This document shows, in pieces, positions 36,886 through 45,656 of a stretch of 64,000 bases of DNA (within the stretch, counting starts at the first letter, position 1; each line of letters opens with the position of its first letter). This stretch comes from Rickettsiales bacterium (GTDB lineage Bacteria; Pseudomonadota; Alphaproteobacteria; Rickettsiales; RI-342): the NCBI GenBank assembly GCA_044368015.1, contig JBIPLF010000004.1, positions 246 through 64,245 on the forward strand. Reading direction: 5' to 3'. The notes beneath the pieces are model-generated. The model did not search any database, was not told where the DNA came from, and saw only the letters and a program-made list of their open reading frames with translations. The translations under genes and the position numbers were made by a program.

Positions 36886-36887
36886 TC

Positions 36888-37724
36888 ATGACTCAGGTCG
36901 CCGTTGGTTCCCTTACCATCGCCAATCATCTGCCGTTTGTGTTGCTGGCGGGTCCCTGCCAGATGGAATCCCGCGACCACGCTTTCATGGTGGCCGGGCA
37001 ATTAAAAGAAATCACCGAAAATCTGGGGATAGGGCTGGTTTACAAAAGCTCTTTCGACAAGGCTAATCGTACCAGCCTGCATAGCCAGCGCGGCATTGGT
37101 ATGGAAAAAGCGCTATCGGTGTTTGAAGCGATCAAAAAAGAGCTGCACCTCCCCGTGATGACCGATGTGCACGCGCCCGACCATTGCGCCGAAGTGGCCT
37201 CGGTGGTGGATGTATTGCAAATTCCGGCGTTCCTGTGCCGTCAGACCGATCTGCTGGTTGCCGCCGCCCAAACCAAACGCGCCATCAACATCAAAAAAGG
37301 GCAGTTTCTGGCCCCGTGGGATATGCGCCATGTGGTACAGAAAATGCGCGATTCCGGGAATGATCAGGTAATGGTGTGCGAGCGCGGCGCCAGTTTTGGC
37401 TACAACACGCTGGTCACCGATTTCCGATCTCTGCCCATTATGGCGGAAACCACCGGTCAGCCGGTAGTGTTCGACGCCACCCATTCCGTGCAGCAACCCG
37501 GAGGCATGGGCGGTGCATCGGGTGGTGAGCGGCGCTTTGTCCCCATCCTTGCCCGTGCGGCGGTGGCGGTGGGGATTGCAGCCATTTTTATGGAAACGCA
37601 CGAAAATCCGGATGCTGCCCCCAGTGACGGCCCTTGCATGGTACCGCTGGCGGATATGCCCAATTTGCTGGCTGATTTACAAGCACTGGACCGCCTGACC
37701 AAAGCGCGTGCCGTCGCCGCATGA
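36888..37724 (+). CDS. kdsA: 3-deoxy-8-phosphooctulonate (KDO-8-P) synthase
   Basis: [35 protein letters not shown] lies 2 nt after the virB11 stop. Confidence 0.9.
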   Translation: MTQVAVGSLTIANHLPFVLLAGPCQMESRDHAFMVAGQLKEITENLGIGLVYKSSFDKANRTSLHSQRGIGMEKALSVFEAIKKELHLPVMTDVHAPDHCAEVASVVDVLQIPAFLCRQTDLLVAAAQTKRAINIKKGQFLAPWDMRHVVQKMRDSGNDQVMVCERGASFGYNTLVTDFRSLPIMAETTGQPVVFDATHSVQQPGGMGGASGGERRFVPILARAAVAVGIAAIFMETHENPDAAPSDGPCMVPLADMPNLLADLQALDRLTKARAVAA

Positions 37725-39493
37725 GCACGCTCGCGCACCATCATCTGGAAGGGGTGCGCCGCTGGATGCAACAGCACGGATTGCATGCCTATCTGCTGCC
37801 GGTGAATGACGCGTTTTTCAGCGAATACCCCCCCGCCAGCGAGCGTCGTCTGGAATGGCTCACCGGTTTTAGCGGATCGGCCGGGATGCTCGCCATCACC
37901 GCGCAGAAAGCCCGCCTGTTTGTGGATGGGCGCTACACGCTTCAGGCGGCAAACGAAGTCGATTCCCATTTCTTTGAGGTGGTCAACAGTGCCTCCCTAC
38001 AACCGGAGGTCTGGTTGCGGGATGTACTGTCGCCGGGGATGCAGGTGGGGCTTGACCCCACACTTTTCAGCATACGCAACGAACGGCGCATCCGGCATGC
38101 CCTCAAAGAAGTGCGGATTGCCACCCTCTCCATTCCGGAAAACCCGATCGACCTCTTATGGCAGGACCGCCCTGCCCCGCCGCACAGTCAGGTGGAGGTG
38201 CATCCCATCACCTATAGCGGCAAGATTGTGCCGGAAAAACGCACCGATCTCTCCTGCCTGCTACAGGAACGCCACGCCCATGCCCTGTTTATCGCCGCGC
38301 CGGATTCGGTGAACTGGCTGCTGAATATCCGGGGACGCGACGTGCCCCATACGCCGATCGCGCAACTTCATGCGATGTTGTACATGTCTGGCGAGGTCGC
38401 ATTGTTTGCAGAGAGCGACCGTATTCCAGAGGATGTACGCGAGCATCTGGGGGGTGCGGTGCATCTGCATGATCCATCGGAATTGCAACAAAAGCTCGCC
38501 GATATGGCCGGGGAGCGGGTATGGGTGGATGACGCCCATACCAGCGCATGGATCAAGCAGATGTTAAAAGACGTCAAAGCCTGCATTCTGTACGATCCTG
38601 ACCCTTGTCAGGCGATGAAGGCCGTCAAGAATCCCATCGAGCTGGAGGGGATGCGCAACGCCCATCGGCGCGACGGAGTGGCGCTCACCCGCTTTCTACA
38701 CTGGCTGGAGCAGCAAGTAACAGCGGGCGCGCCGCTCTCGGAATTATCGGTGGCAGAGCGGCTCGAAGCTTTCCGCCGTGAGGATCCCCTGCTGCGTGAT
38801 CTAAGCTTCCCCACCATTGCCGGGTTTGGCGCCAACGGGGCGATTGTCCATTACCGGGCGAGTGAGGCCTCCAATCAGGCCATCCGCGCTCCGGGGTTGC
38901 TGCTGCTGGATTCCGGCGGTCAATACCTGAACGGCACCACGGATGTCACCCGCACCATCGCCATTGGTACGCCCAGCGAGGAACAGAAACACGCCTATAC
39001 CACGGTGCTGAAAGGCCATATTCAACTGGCCATGGCCATATTCCCGCAAGGAACCTGCGGCTCGCAACTGGATGTGCTGGCGCGTGACCCGCTCTGGCGC
39101 GCCGGGATGGATTACGATCACGGCACCGGCCATGGGGTTGGCTGTTATCTGAGCGTCCATGAAGGGCCGCAACGCATTTCCAAACGGGGGGGCGATGCGC
39201 CGCTGGAAGCGGGGATGATCCTCTCCAACGAGCCGGGTTATTACCGGGAAGGCGCGTTTGGCATCCGGCTCGAGAATCGGGTGTCGGTGGTGCCTGCCCC
39301 CCTCCGGGGCTTTCTGGCGTTTGAAACCCTGACGCTCGCGCCGCTGGACCTCTCTCTGATCCTGTCGGAATTACTCTCGCCGGAAGAGAAACGCTGGGTT
39401 CGCGACTACCATCAACGGGTCTATAGCCTGCTGGCCGATCACCTGCCCCACGACACCGCGCAGTGGTTGGAACAGATCGCTCGCCGGAGCTAA
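37721..39493 (+). CDS. pepP: Xaa-Pro aminopeptidase (M24B, aminopeptidase P family)
   Basis: 590 aa with metal-ligand motifs [25 protein letters not shown] overlap with kdsA. Confidence 0.8.
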   Translation: MSTLAHHHLEGVRRWMQQHGLHAYLLPVNDAFFSEYPPASERRLEWLTGFSGSAGMLAITAQKARLFVDGRYTLQAANEVDSHFFEVVNSASLQPEVWLRDVLSPGMQVGLDPTLFSIRNERRIRHALKEVRIATLSIPENPIDLLWQDRPAPPHSQVEVHPITYSGKIVPEKRTDLSCLLQERHAHALFIAAPDSVNWLLNIRGRDVPHTPIAQLHAMLYMSGEVALFAESDRIPEDVREHLGGAVHLHDPSELQQKLADMAGERVWVDDAHTSAWIKQMLKDVKACILYDPDPCQAMKAVKNPIELEGMRNAHRRDGVALTRFLHWLEQQVTAGAPLSELSVAERLEAFRREDPLLRDLSFPTIAGFGANGAIVHYRASEASNQAIRAPGLLLLDSGGQYLNGTTDVTRTIAIGTPSEEQKHAYTTVLKGHIQLAMAIFPQGTCGSQLDVLARDPLWRAGMDYDHGTGHGVGCYLSVHEGPQRISKRGGDAPLEAGMILSNEPGYYREGAFGIRLENRVSVVPAPLRGFLAFETLTLAPLDLSLILSELLSPEEKRWVRDYHQRVYSLLADHLPHDTAQWLEQIARRS

Positions 39494-39575
39494 AAACTAC
39501 AACACGCCGCGATCATTTAACCGTTTTGTAAGAAAAACCATGCTATACTGATAGTGAACAGTATAGGTATCTTCT

Positions 39576-39875
39576 GTGGAAATACACAGCACCGAACCAA
39601 GACTATATATTAACGACTTTCGACTCACCACAGCCGAAATTCTCTACCGCCTCCCCGATTACCCGCTGATTCTGCAAACCTTCCTGTGGCAGGATATGGA
39701 TCTGCCACCGGAATTTCCGCAGCTCAAGCAGTTTCTGTGCTTCTGGGAACGCAGTCTGGACGGGAAACTCTACGAAGTGCGCGTGGTGAGCAGCGACATC
39801 CCCCCCCGCGAATCCGTGCGGTGCGGATCGGTGTGGAATGTCGCCGCCCCGGAGAGCCTGTTTAGTTACCACTAG
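39576..39875 (+). CDS. usg: Usg family protein
   Basis: LTTAEILYRLPDYPLILQTFLWQDMDLPPEFPQLKQFLCFWERSLDGKL closely matches alphaproteobacterial Usg proteins. GTG start. Confidence 0.75.
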   Translation: MEIHSTEPRLYINDFRLTTAEILYRLPDYPLILQTFLWQDMDLPPEFPQLKQFLCFWERSLDGKLYEVRVVSSDIPPRESVRCGSVWNVAAPESLFSYH

Positions 39876-39898
39876 GCACCAGCGATCCTATCCCTGAA

Positions 39899-40096
39899 TT
39901 AAGGGGTATGTTCCTCTAGCGCTAACACCACGTCGAGTGCTAGAGCTATCTGCTTATTACTGTATCCAGGGCCAACCGATTGAGCTATTTGATCAGCTAG
40001 CTTCTGATCTGGCTGGATGGGCAAACCACTATCTACTGCCGTTTTTACCAAGCTAGCTATCTGTAGTGCTTCATTACGTTCCTGTTGTGTAGGCAT
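39899..40096 (-). CDS. hypothetical small protein (65 aa), AT-rich
   Basis: ATG 40096 is preceded by GGAAGGGA. The upstream part of the 132-aa track ORF is a read-through of the repeat at 40197-40301. No recognisable motif. Confidence 0.3.
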   Translation of the reverse strand: MPTQQERNEALQIASLVKTAVDSGLPIQPDQKLADQIAQSVGPGYSNKQIALALDVVLALEEHTP

Positions 40097-40196
40097 TGGC
40101 TTTCCCTTCCGATGTTCTTTGATGTAGGCGAGGGAAGGTGCCCCACGGATGTGTCTTTTTTTTTTCAAGCTGATGACACTTTTATGACAATGTGGG

Positions 40197-40301
40197 GCAT
40201 GCTGAGTGAAGCGAAGTATCTCTCCGCTTGGAATGATGTGACAGATGCCTTGTTCTGTTGAGAGATGCTTCCCCTTCGCTCCACTCAGCGTCAGCATGAC
40301 G
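40197..40301. repeat. family B palindromic element
   Basis: gcatgctgagtgaagcgaagtatctctc...gagagatgcttccccttcgctccactcagcgtcagcatgacg. Confidence 0.8.
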
Positions 40302-40345
40302 TAACACCACTAGCCACCAGCCACCACATCCGCTATACCCACCCT

Positions 40346-41377
40346 ATGCGGGTGCTTACCATCATGTTGGGGCGCGGGCTGGGTGGCATTGAACAAGCCT
40401 TTGTCGACCAGGCGGAAGCGCTTCAGGCCGTGGGATGCGAGGTGTTATCGGTCACCGATAGCCGCGCACAGATTCGTACGGTTCTGGATCGGCGGTTTCT
40501 CCCCTATCGCACGCTGCGGCAGCATGGCCCGTGGGACCCGCTCGCGGTGGTGTATCTCAAACGATTGATTGCCGATTTTCGCCCGCAGGTGGTGGTGGTG
40601 CATGGCAATCGCGCACTGGGGTTTGCGGCGCGCATCCATCCCCGACCCTGCCCGATTGTGGCGGTGGCGCACAACCCTTGGGTAAAACGCTTTCCCAAAG
40701 CCGATGGCTGCATTGCCATTACCCCGGAGATTGCTGAGCATCTTCAGCGGGCGGGGGTGCAGGCGGAACGGATTTTCGTGGTGCCGAACATGATTGCCAT
40801 CGACCCGCAGATGTGGCTGCCGATGCGTGGCTGGCATCAACCGCCGGTGATTGGCGCGCTGGGGCGGATGGTGGGGAAGAAAGGCTTTTCCACCTTCATC
40901 CATGCGTTGGGGATGCTGCGGAATCACGATGTACCCTTCCAGGCGATGCTGGCGGGTGATGGTCCGGAACGGGCGGCGCTCGAAGCACAGGTCGCCAAAT
41001 TGGGCCTTCAGCATCAGGTGCAGTTTGTCGGCTGGATTGAGAACAAACACACCTTCTTTGAAAATATCGACGTGTTTTGCCTTCCCTCCTGGCAGGAGCC
41101 GTTTGGTATTGTGCTGCTAGAGGCGATGCGCGCCGGTGTGCCGATTGTTGCCACCCGTTCCGGTGGGCCATCCTACATTCTGGAGCATCAGCACACGGCA
41201 CTCCTCACCGCCGTGGGAGATGCCGCGCAACTCGCCGATGCGCTGGAGGCCATCCTCACCCATCCGGATGAGGCGCTGAGTTTAGCGGAAAACGCCTACC
41301 ACACCGTGTGCGATCGCTATGCCGTGGAGATAGTGGCGGAGGAATTGCTCCATGTGTTGCAGCGGGTGGTGCAATGA
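40346..41377 (+). CDS. glycosyltransferase family 4 (GT-B)
   Basis: MRVLTIMLGRGLGGIEQ N-terminus and EX7E region SWQEPFGIVLLEAMRAGVPIVAT. Confidence 0.8.
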   Translation: MRVLTIMLGRGLGGIEQAFVDQAEALQAVGCEVLSVTDSRAQIRTVLDRRFLPYRTLRQHGPWDPLAVVYLKRLIADFRPQVVVVHGNRALGFAARIHPRPCPIVAVAHNPWVKRFPKADGCIAITPEIAEHLQRAGVQAERIFVVPNMIAIDPQMWLPMRGWHQPPVIGALGRMVGKKGFSTFIHALGMLRNHDVPFQAMLAGDGPERAALEAQVAKLGLQHQVQFVGWIENKHTFFENIDVFCLPSWQEPFGIVLLEAMRAGVPIVATRSGGPSYILEHQHTALLTAVGDAAQLADALEAILTHPDEALSLAENAYHTVCDRYAVEIVAEELLHVLQRVVQ

Positions 41378-43545
41378 GCAAAAAACGCTCCAAAAAACCT
41401 CAAAAACCCTCGGTTCGGATGCGTAAATTACGTGCCCGTTTTGCGGTGGCCTTTGTGGTGTTTGCGGTGCTTTCCTCGGTGACGAGCTACCTGCTGCTGA
41501 CCCAACACACCGATTTTAGGGGCCTGCAAAACGGTCTGGTGCCGCTGCTCGTGGGGATTAACCTGCTGTTTTTGCTGGTGCTGACCATCATCATCTTCCG
41601 GCGGATTGTGCGGCTGGTGGTGGCCCGTAAAAAGGGGTCGGCAGGTTCGCGGCTGCATACGCGGATTGTCACCATGTTCAGCGTGGTGACAATCGTTCCC
41701 GCCATTGTGGTGTCGGTGTTTTCGGTGATGTTCTTCACCATGGGCGTGAAATCCTGGTTTGAAACCAAGGTCAGCACCGCGCTGGAGGAATCGGTGGCGG
41801 TGGCGGAGGCCTACCTGAAAGAGCATAAGGAGGGGTTGCGCGCCGACGTGTTGGCGATGGCGATCGACCTCAACCGCGAATCCTACTGGATCACCACCGA
41901 CCCGCGGATGCTCAATCAATTCGTGTCGCAACAGGTGGTGATGCGTTCGCTTGCCGAGGCGATTGTGTTTCAGCCCGGACGGGTGCTGGCGCGCTCCAGC
42001 CTCAGTTTTGAGCTGGCCTTTGAGCAAATCCCCGAGGAACTCATCACCCGCGCCGCCGCCGGAGAGGTGGTGCTCATCACCAATGAGAGCGAAGACCGGA
42101 TGCGCGCACTGGTGCGTCTGGAAGGGTTCATCAACAGCTTTCTGCTGGTGGAACGGTTTGTCGATCCGCGGGTGATCCACCATATGGAAGCCACCCACGG
42201 CGCGGTGGCGGAGTATCACGACATTCAGAAGCAAATCTCCCATTGGGAACGGCGGTTTATCTTCGCCTTTGCGGTGATGGTGCTGATTCTGCTGCTTGCC
42301 TCCATCTGGTACGGGATGGTGTTTGCCAACAAGCTGGTGCGGCCGATCGGGCAGCTTTTCAACGCAGCGGAACGGGTGCGGGCGGGGGATTTTCGTGTCA
42401 AGGTGAAGGAGTCCTCCAAGCAGGATGAGCTTTCGGAGTTCACGCGCGCCTTTAACAAAATGATCCAACGCCTTGAACAACAACGCGAAGGCATCGTAGA
42501 AGCCAACCGGCAGCTCGATGCCCGGCGGCGCTTCACCGAAGCGGTGCTGGCGGGGATGTCCGCCGGGGTGATTGCGCTGGATGGCAATGGCTGCGTCACC
42601 CTGTCCAACCGTTCGGCGATGCAATTACTGGAGATGGACGTGCAGCAGGTGCAGGGACGATTCCTCTCCATGCTGGTGCCGGAAATGGAGGCCTTGTTGC
42701 TCTCCGCCCAGAGCAAACCGGGTAGCGTCGCCCAGCAGGATGTTGAGGTGCGGCGCGGCAGCGCGGGGCGGCAGGTGCTCAATGTACGCATCAGCAGCGA
42801 GGAGCGCGATGGTGAAATCACCGGCTATGTGGTGACGTTCGACGATGTGACGGAACTCCTCTCCGCGCAGCGCAAAGCGGCATGGGCGGGGGTAGCGCGC
42901 CGGATTGCGCATGAGATCAAAAACCCGCTGACGCCCATTCAACTTTCCGCCGAGCGGCTGAAACGCAAATATGCAGGTCAAATCACCGAAGACCGCGACA
43001 CCTTCATCCGTTATACCGACAACATCACCCGCAATGTGGGGAATATCGGCAAAATGGTGGAGGAATTCGTCGCCTTTGCGCGGATGCCGCAACCGGTCTT
43101 TGCGCCGGAGGATATCGGCGCGATCCTGCGCGATGTGGTGGCGGGCGAGCGGTTGGCGCATCCTGGCATCACCTATCGGCTCGCCCTGCCAGACGCGCCC
43201 GTGATGCTGCAATGCGATGCCGGGCAGATGAGCCAGTGCCTCATCAATATTCTAAAGAATGCCGCAGAATCACTTGAAGAACAAGGAAACATTCTACAGG
43301 AAATTGCGCTGAGCGTCACCTCAGACACGCAGATTGTGCATCTGGAGATTCAGGATACCGGCCCCGGCTTTCCGGAGGAATTGATGGGTAAACTCACCGA
43401 ACCCTACATGACCACCCGTGCAAAGGGTACGGGGTTGGGGCTGGCGATTGTCAGCAAAATCATACAAGACCATCACGGCACGCTGACCCTCGCCAACCGT
43501 TCCGACGGCCACGGCGCGCGGGTGGAAATCACCCTGCCGGTGTAG
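41374..43545 (+). CDS. ntrY: sensor histidine kinase NtrY-like (multi-TM + HAMP + PAS + HisKA + HATPase)
   Basis: Four N-terminal TM helices, HAMP, PAS, H-box RRIAHEIKNPLTPIQLSAERLKRKY, G-box [22 protein letters not shown] overlap with the GT4 gene. No ntrX follows. Confidence 0.8.
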   Translation: MSKKRSKKPQKPSVRMRKLRARFAVAFVVFAVLSSVTSYLLLTQHTDFRGLQNGLVPLLVGINLLFLLVLTIIIFRRIVRLVVARKKGSAGSRLHTRIVTMFSVVTIVPAIVVSVFSVMFFTMGVKSWFETKVSTALEESVAVAEAYLKEHKEGLRADVLAMAIDLNRESYWITTDPRMLNQFVSQQVVMRSLAEAIVFQPGRVLARSSLSFELAFEQIPEELITRAAAGEVVLITNESEDRMRALVRLEGFINSFLLVERFVDPRVIHHMEATHGAVAEYHDIQKQISHWERRFIFAFAVMVLILLLASIWYGMVFANKLVRPIGQLFNAAERVRAGDFRVKVKESSKQDELSEFTRAFNKMIQRLEQQREGIVEANRQLDARRRFTEAVLAGMSAGVIALDGNGCVTLSNRSAMQLLEMDVQQVQGRFLSMLVPEMEALLLSAQSKPGSVAQQDVEVRRGSAGRQVLNVRISSEERDGEITGYVVTFDDVTELLSAQRKAAWAGVARRIAHEIKNPLTPIQLSAERLKRKYAGQITEDRDTFIRYTDNITRNVGNIGKMVEEFVAFARMPQPVFAPEDIGAILRDVVAGERLAHPGITYRLALPDAPVMLQCDAGQMSQCLINILKNAAESLEEQGNILQEIALSVTSDTQIVHLEIQDTGPGFPEELMGKLTEPYMTTRAKGTGLGLAIVSKIIQDHHGTLTLANRSDGHGARVEITLPV

Positions 43546-43560
43546 CGGACCGGAGACGCA

Positions 43561-44844
43561 CTACGCCGCCAACGCACTCTTACGTTGCTCAATCCGTGCT
43601 TCAATCTCCGGACGGAAATGGCGGATAAGCCCCTGAATCGGCCAGGCGGCGGCATCGCCGAGTGCACAGATCGTATGCCCTTCGATCTGTTTGGTGAGCG
43701 CATGGAGCTGGTCGATCTCCGCCAGTTCAGCATCGCCTCGCACCATGCGATCCATGATGCGTGACAGCCACCCGGTTCCCTCGCGGCAGGGGGTGCATTG
43801 CCCACAGGATTCATGCATGTAGAATTTCGAGAGCCGCGCAATCGCCCGCACAATATCGGTGGATTTATCCATCACAATCACCGCCGCCGTTCCAAGACCG
43901 GACTGCACGGCGCGCAGCGAATCGAAATCCATCAGCACCGTATCGCAGGTGGTTTTAGGCAACACCGGCACCGAGGAACCGCCGGGGATGACGGCCAGCA
44001 GATTATCCCATCCACCGCGCACCCCGCCCGCATGTTTTTCAATCAGTTCCTTAAGCGGAATGCCCATTTCCTCTTCGACATTGCAGGGCTTATTCACATG
44101 GCCGGAAATGCAGAACACCTTGGTTCCGGTATTGTTGGGGCGGCCGATTTTCGCAAACCACTCCGCTCCACGCCGCAGAATCGTCGGCACCACGGCGATA
44201 CTCTCCACATTATTGACGGTGGTGGGGCATCCCCACACCCCGCAGGCGGCTGGGAAAGGCGGCTTCAGACGCGGCTGTCCCTTTTTGCCTTCCAGGCTTT
44301 CGATCAGCGCGGTTTCCTCGCCACAGATATAGGCCCCTGCCCCGCTATGGACGTAGATATCGAAGTCGAACCCGCTGCCGCAGGCATTCTTGCCGATCAG
44401 TTTCGCCGCATAGGCCTCGTCGATGGCGGATTGCAGCGCCAGAATCTCCTGATAAAATTCCCCGCGCACATAGATATAGGCGGCTTTGGCGCGGATCGCA
44501 AAACCCGCAATCAGGCAACCTTCCACTAATTTATGCGGGTCGTGACGCATCATGTCACGGTCTTTACAGGTACCCGGCTCGCCCTCATCGGCATTGACCA
44601 CCAGATAGGAAGGCCGCCCGTCCGACTGCTTGGGCATGAAGGACCATTTCATCCCGGTGGAGAACCCCGCCCCTCCGCGACCGCGCAGGCCCGAAGCCTT
44701 CACCTGATCGATGATCCATTCCTGCCCCTTGGTGAGAATCTCTTTAGTGCCATCCCAATCACCACGCGACTTCGCAGCCTGAAGGCCCGCGCTCGCCTGC
44801 CCATAGAGATTGGTAAAAATACGATCGGAATCGGAAAGAGCCAT
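43561..44844 (-). CDS. nuoF: NADH-quinone oxidoreductase subunit F (51-kDa, FMN/NADH-binding)
   Basis: [19 protein letters not shown] site and the 4Fe-4S motif [12 protein letters not shown]. Confidence 0.95.
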   Translation of the reverse strand: MALSDSDRIFTNLYGQASAGLQAAKSRGDWDGTKEILTKGQEWIIDQVKASGLRGRGGAGFSTGMKWSFMPKQSDGRPSYLVVNADEGEPGTCKDRDMMRHDPHKLVEGCLIAGFAIRAKAAYIYVRGEFYQEILALQSAIDEAYAAKLIGKNACGSGFDFDIYVHSGAGAYICGEETALIESLEGKKGQPRLKPPFPAACGVWGCPTTVNNVESIAVVPTILRRGAEWFAKIGRPNNTGTKVFCISGHVNKPCNVEEEMGIPLKELIEKHAGGVRGGWDNLLAVIPGGSSVPVLPKTTCDTVLMDFDSLRAVQSGLGTAAVIVMDKSTDIVRAIARLSKFYMHESCGQCTPCREGTGWLSRIMDRMVRGDAELAEIDQLHALTKQIEGHTICALGDAAAWPIQGLIRHFRPEIEARIEQRKSALAA

Positions 44845-44877
44845 AAACGCACTTCTTGGTTAAGAAAAATGTACCAG

Positions 44878-45135
44878 CTAACGTAACACCCATTCACCGG
44901 TTTCACGGATGGCAGCGTACATGGCATCTGGGGCGAGATCAACTCCTCCCGGCCATGTCACGGCTCCGCCCTCAATATAGGCCTCTGCAAATGTGGCGGG
45001 ATTCCTCAAACTGGCAAAAACACCCGTCAGATGCGAAGGCTCAAAACGTACGACCCCCCTCGTTCCATCCAGAAAAGAGACCTGAAGCTCAAGGGGGGGG
45101 GACACCATTATTTCACGTACATCCCAATACATCAC
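44878..45135 (-). CDS. DUF2442 domain protein
   Basis: 85 aa. The C-terminal GGAVTWPGGVDLAPDAMY resembles the DUF2442 signature. GTG 45135 or ATG 45132 start, 1 nt after the preceding stop. Confidence 0.65.
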   Translation of the reverse strand: MMYWDVREIMVSPPLELQVSFLDGTRGVVRFEPSHLTGVFASLRNPATFAEAYIEGGAVTWPGGVDLAPDAMYAAIRETGEWVLR

Positions 45136-45136
45136 T

Positions 45137-45409
45137 CTACTCCAGTGGGGGAACGGGTTTTGGAAGCTGTTTCGCCTGACAGCAAGCCCAGTTGTCCAAC
45201 AGCTCCTTCTGATGCAATTCAGCCCAATCCATGATCAGTTCTTGTGCACGACGGGGCACATTGCCTTCGATACATCTTAAATTTTCAATGTCAAATGTCG
45301 CTTTATGACCACCATATTCCGCGTGGAAGTGTGGCGGAGCATGATCGTTAAAGAACATCCGGATCACAATACCAAAGAATTGGCTGATAGTGGGCATCGT
45401 TTTTTCCAA
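45137..45409 (-). CDS. DUF4160 domain protein
   Basis: MPTISQFFGIVIRMFFNDHAPPHFHAEYGGHKATF matches the DUF4160 N-terminal signature. The likely real start is ATG 45397, since the track start 45409 is TTG. Confidence 0.7.
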   Translation of the reverse strand: MEKTMPTISQFFGIVIRMFFNDHAPPHFHAEYGGHKATFDIENLRCIEGNVPRRAQELIMDWAELHQKELLDNWACCQAKQLPKPVPPLE

Positions 45410-45655
45410 TCATGAGGGCAATCCGTTTTCATCATACCCCAGTATTTCGTCCGGAGAGCGTGGATCCAGTACAGGAAGGGCTGCACACTCCGCTCCAATC
45501 GCCAGAATCCGCCGGATGCGCTCTTTCCGCCCCTCCTCTTCCTGAATGCTTTTCGTCAAGGCTTCTTCGATCGCCTGCTCCACGGAAATACCACGCATGA
45601 TCGCCAACGCCTCTGCCATTTTTGGAATGGCTGGGTTCTCGATATGGAGTTCCAT
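45410..45655 (-). CDS. vapB: VapB-type antitoxin, Rv0623/PSK-operon transcription factor family
   Basis: 81 aa. The layout (N-terminal ribbon region, charged linker, C-terminal ECAALPVLDPRSPDEILGYDENGLPS) parallels M. tuberculosis VapB30-type antitoxins. Starts 1 nt after the nuoE stop. Confidence 0.75.
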   Translation of the reverse strand: MELHIENPAIPKMAEALAIMRGISVEQAIEEALTKSIQEEEGRKERIRRILAIGAECAALPVLDPRSPDEILGYDENGLPS

Positions 45656-45656
45656 G

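Noticed and set aside
40097-40297. Upstream 67 codons of the 132-aa minus-strand ORF
   Set aside because: This part is a read-through of the family B palindromic element and the A10 tract. Only the portion downstream of ATG 40096 has an RBS.
45093-45101. G9 (C9 on the coding strand) homopolymer near the 5' end of the DUF2442 gene as a phase-variation switch
   Set aside because: C8/G8 tracts encoding Pro-Pro or Gly-Gly also occur in ordinary genes here (9463-9470, 39800-39807, 50371-50378). The tract therefore looks like a by-product of GC-rich codon usage. It is worth checking in the reads but is not distinctive.
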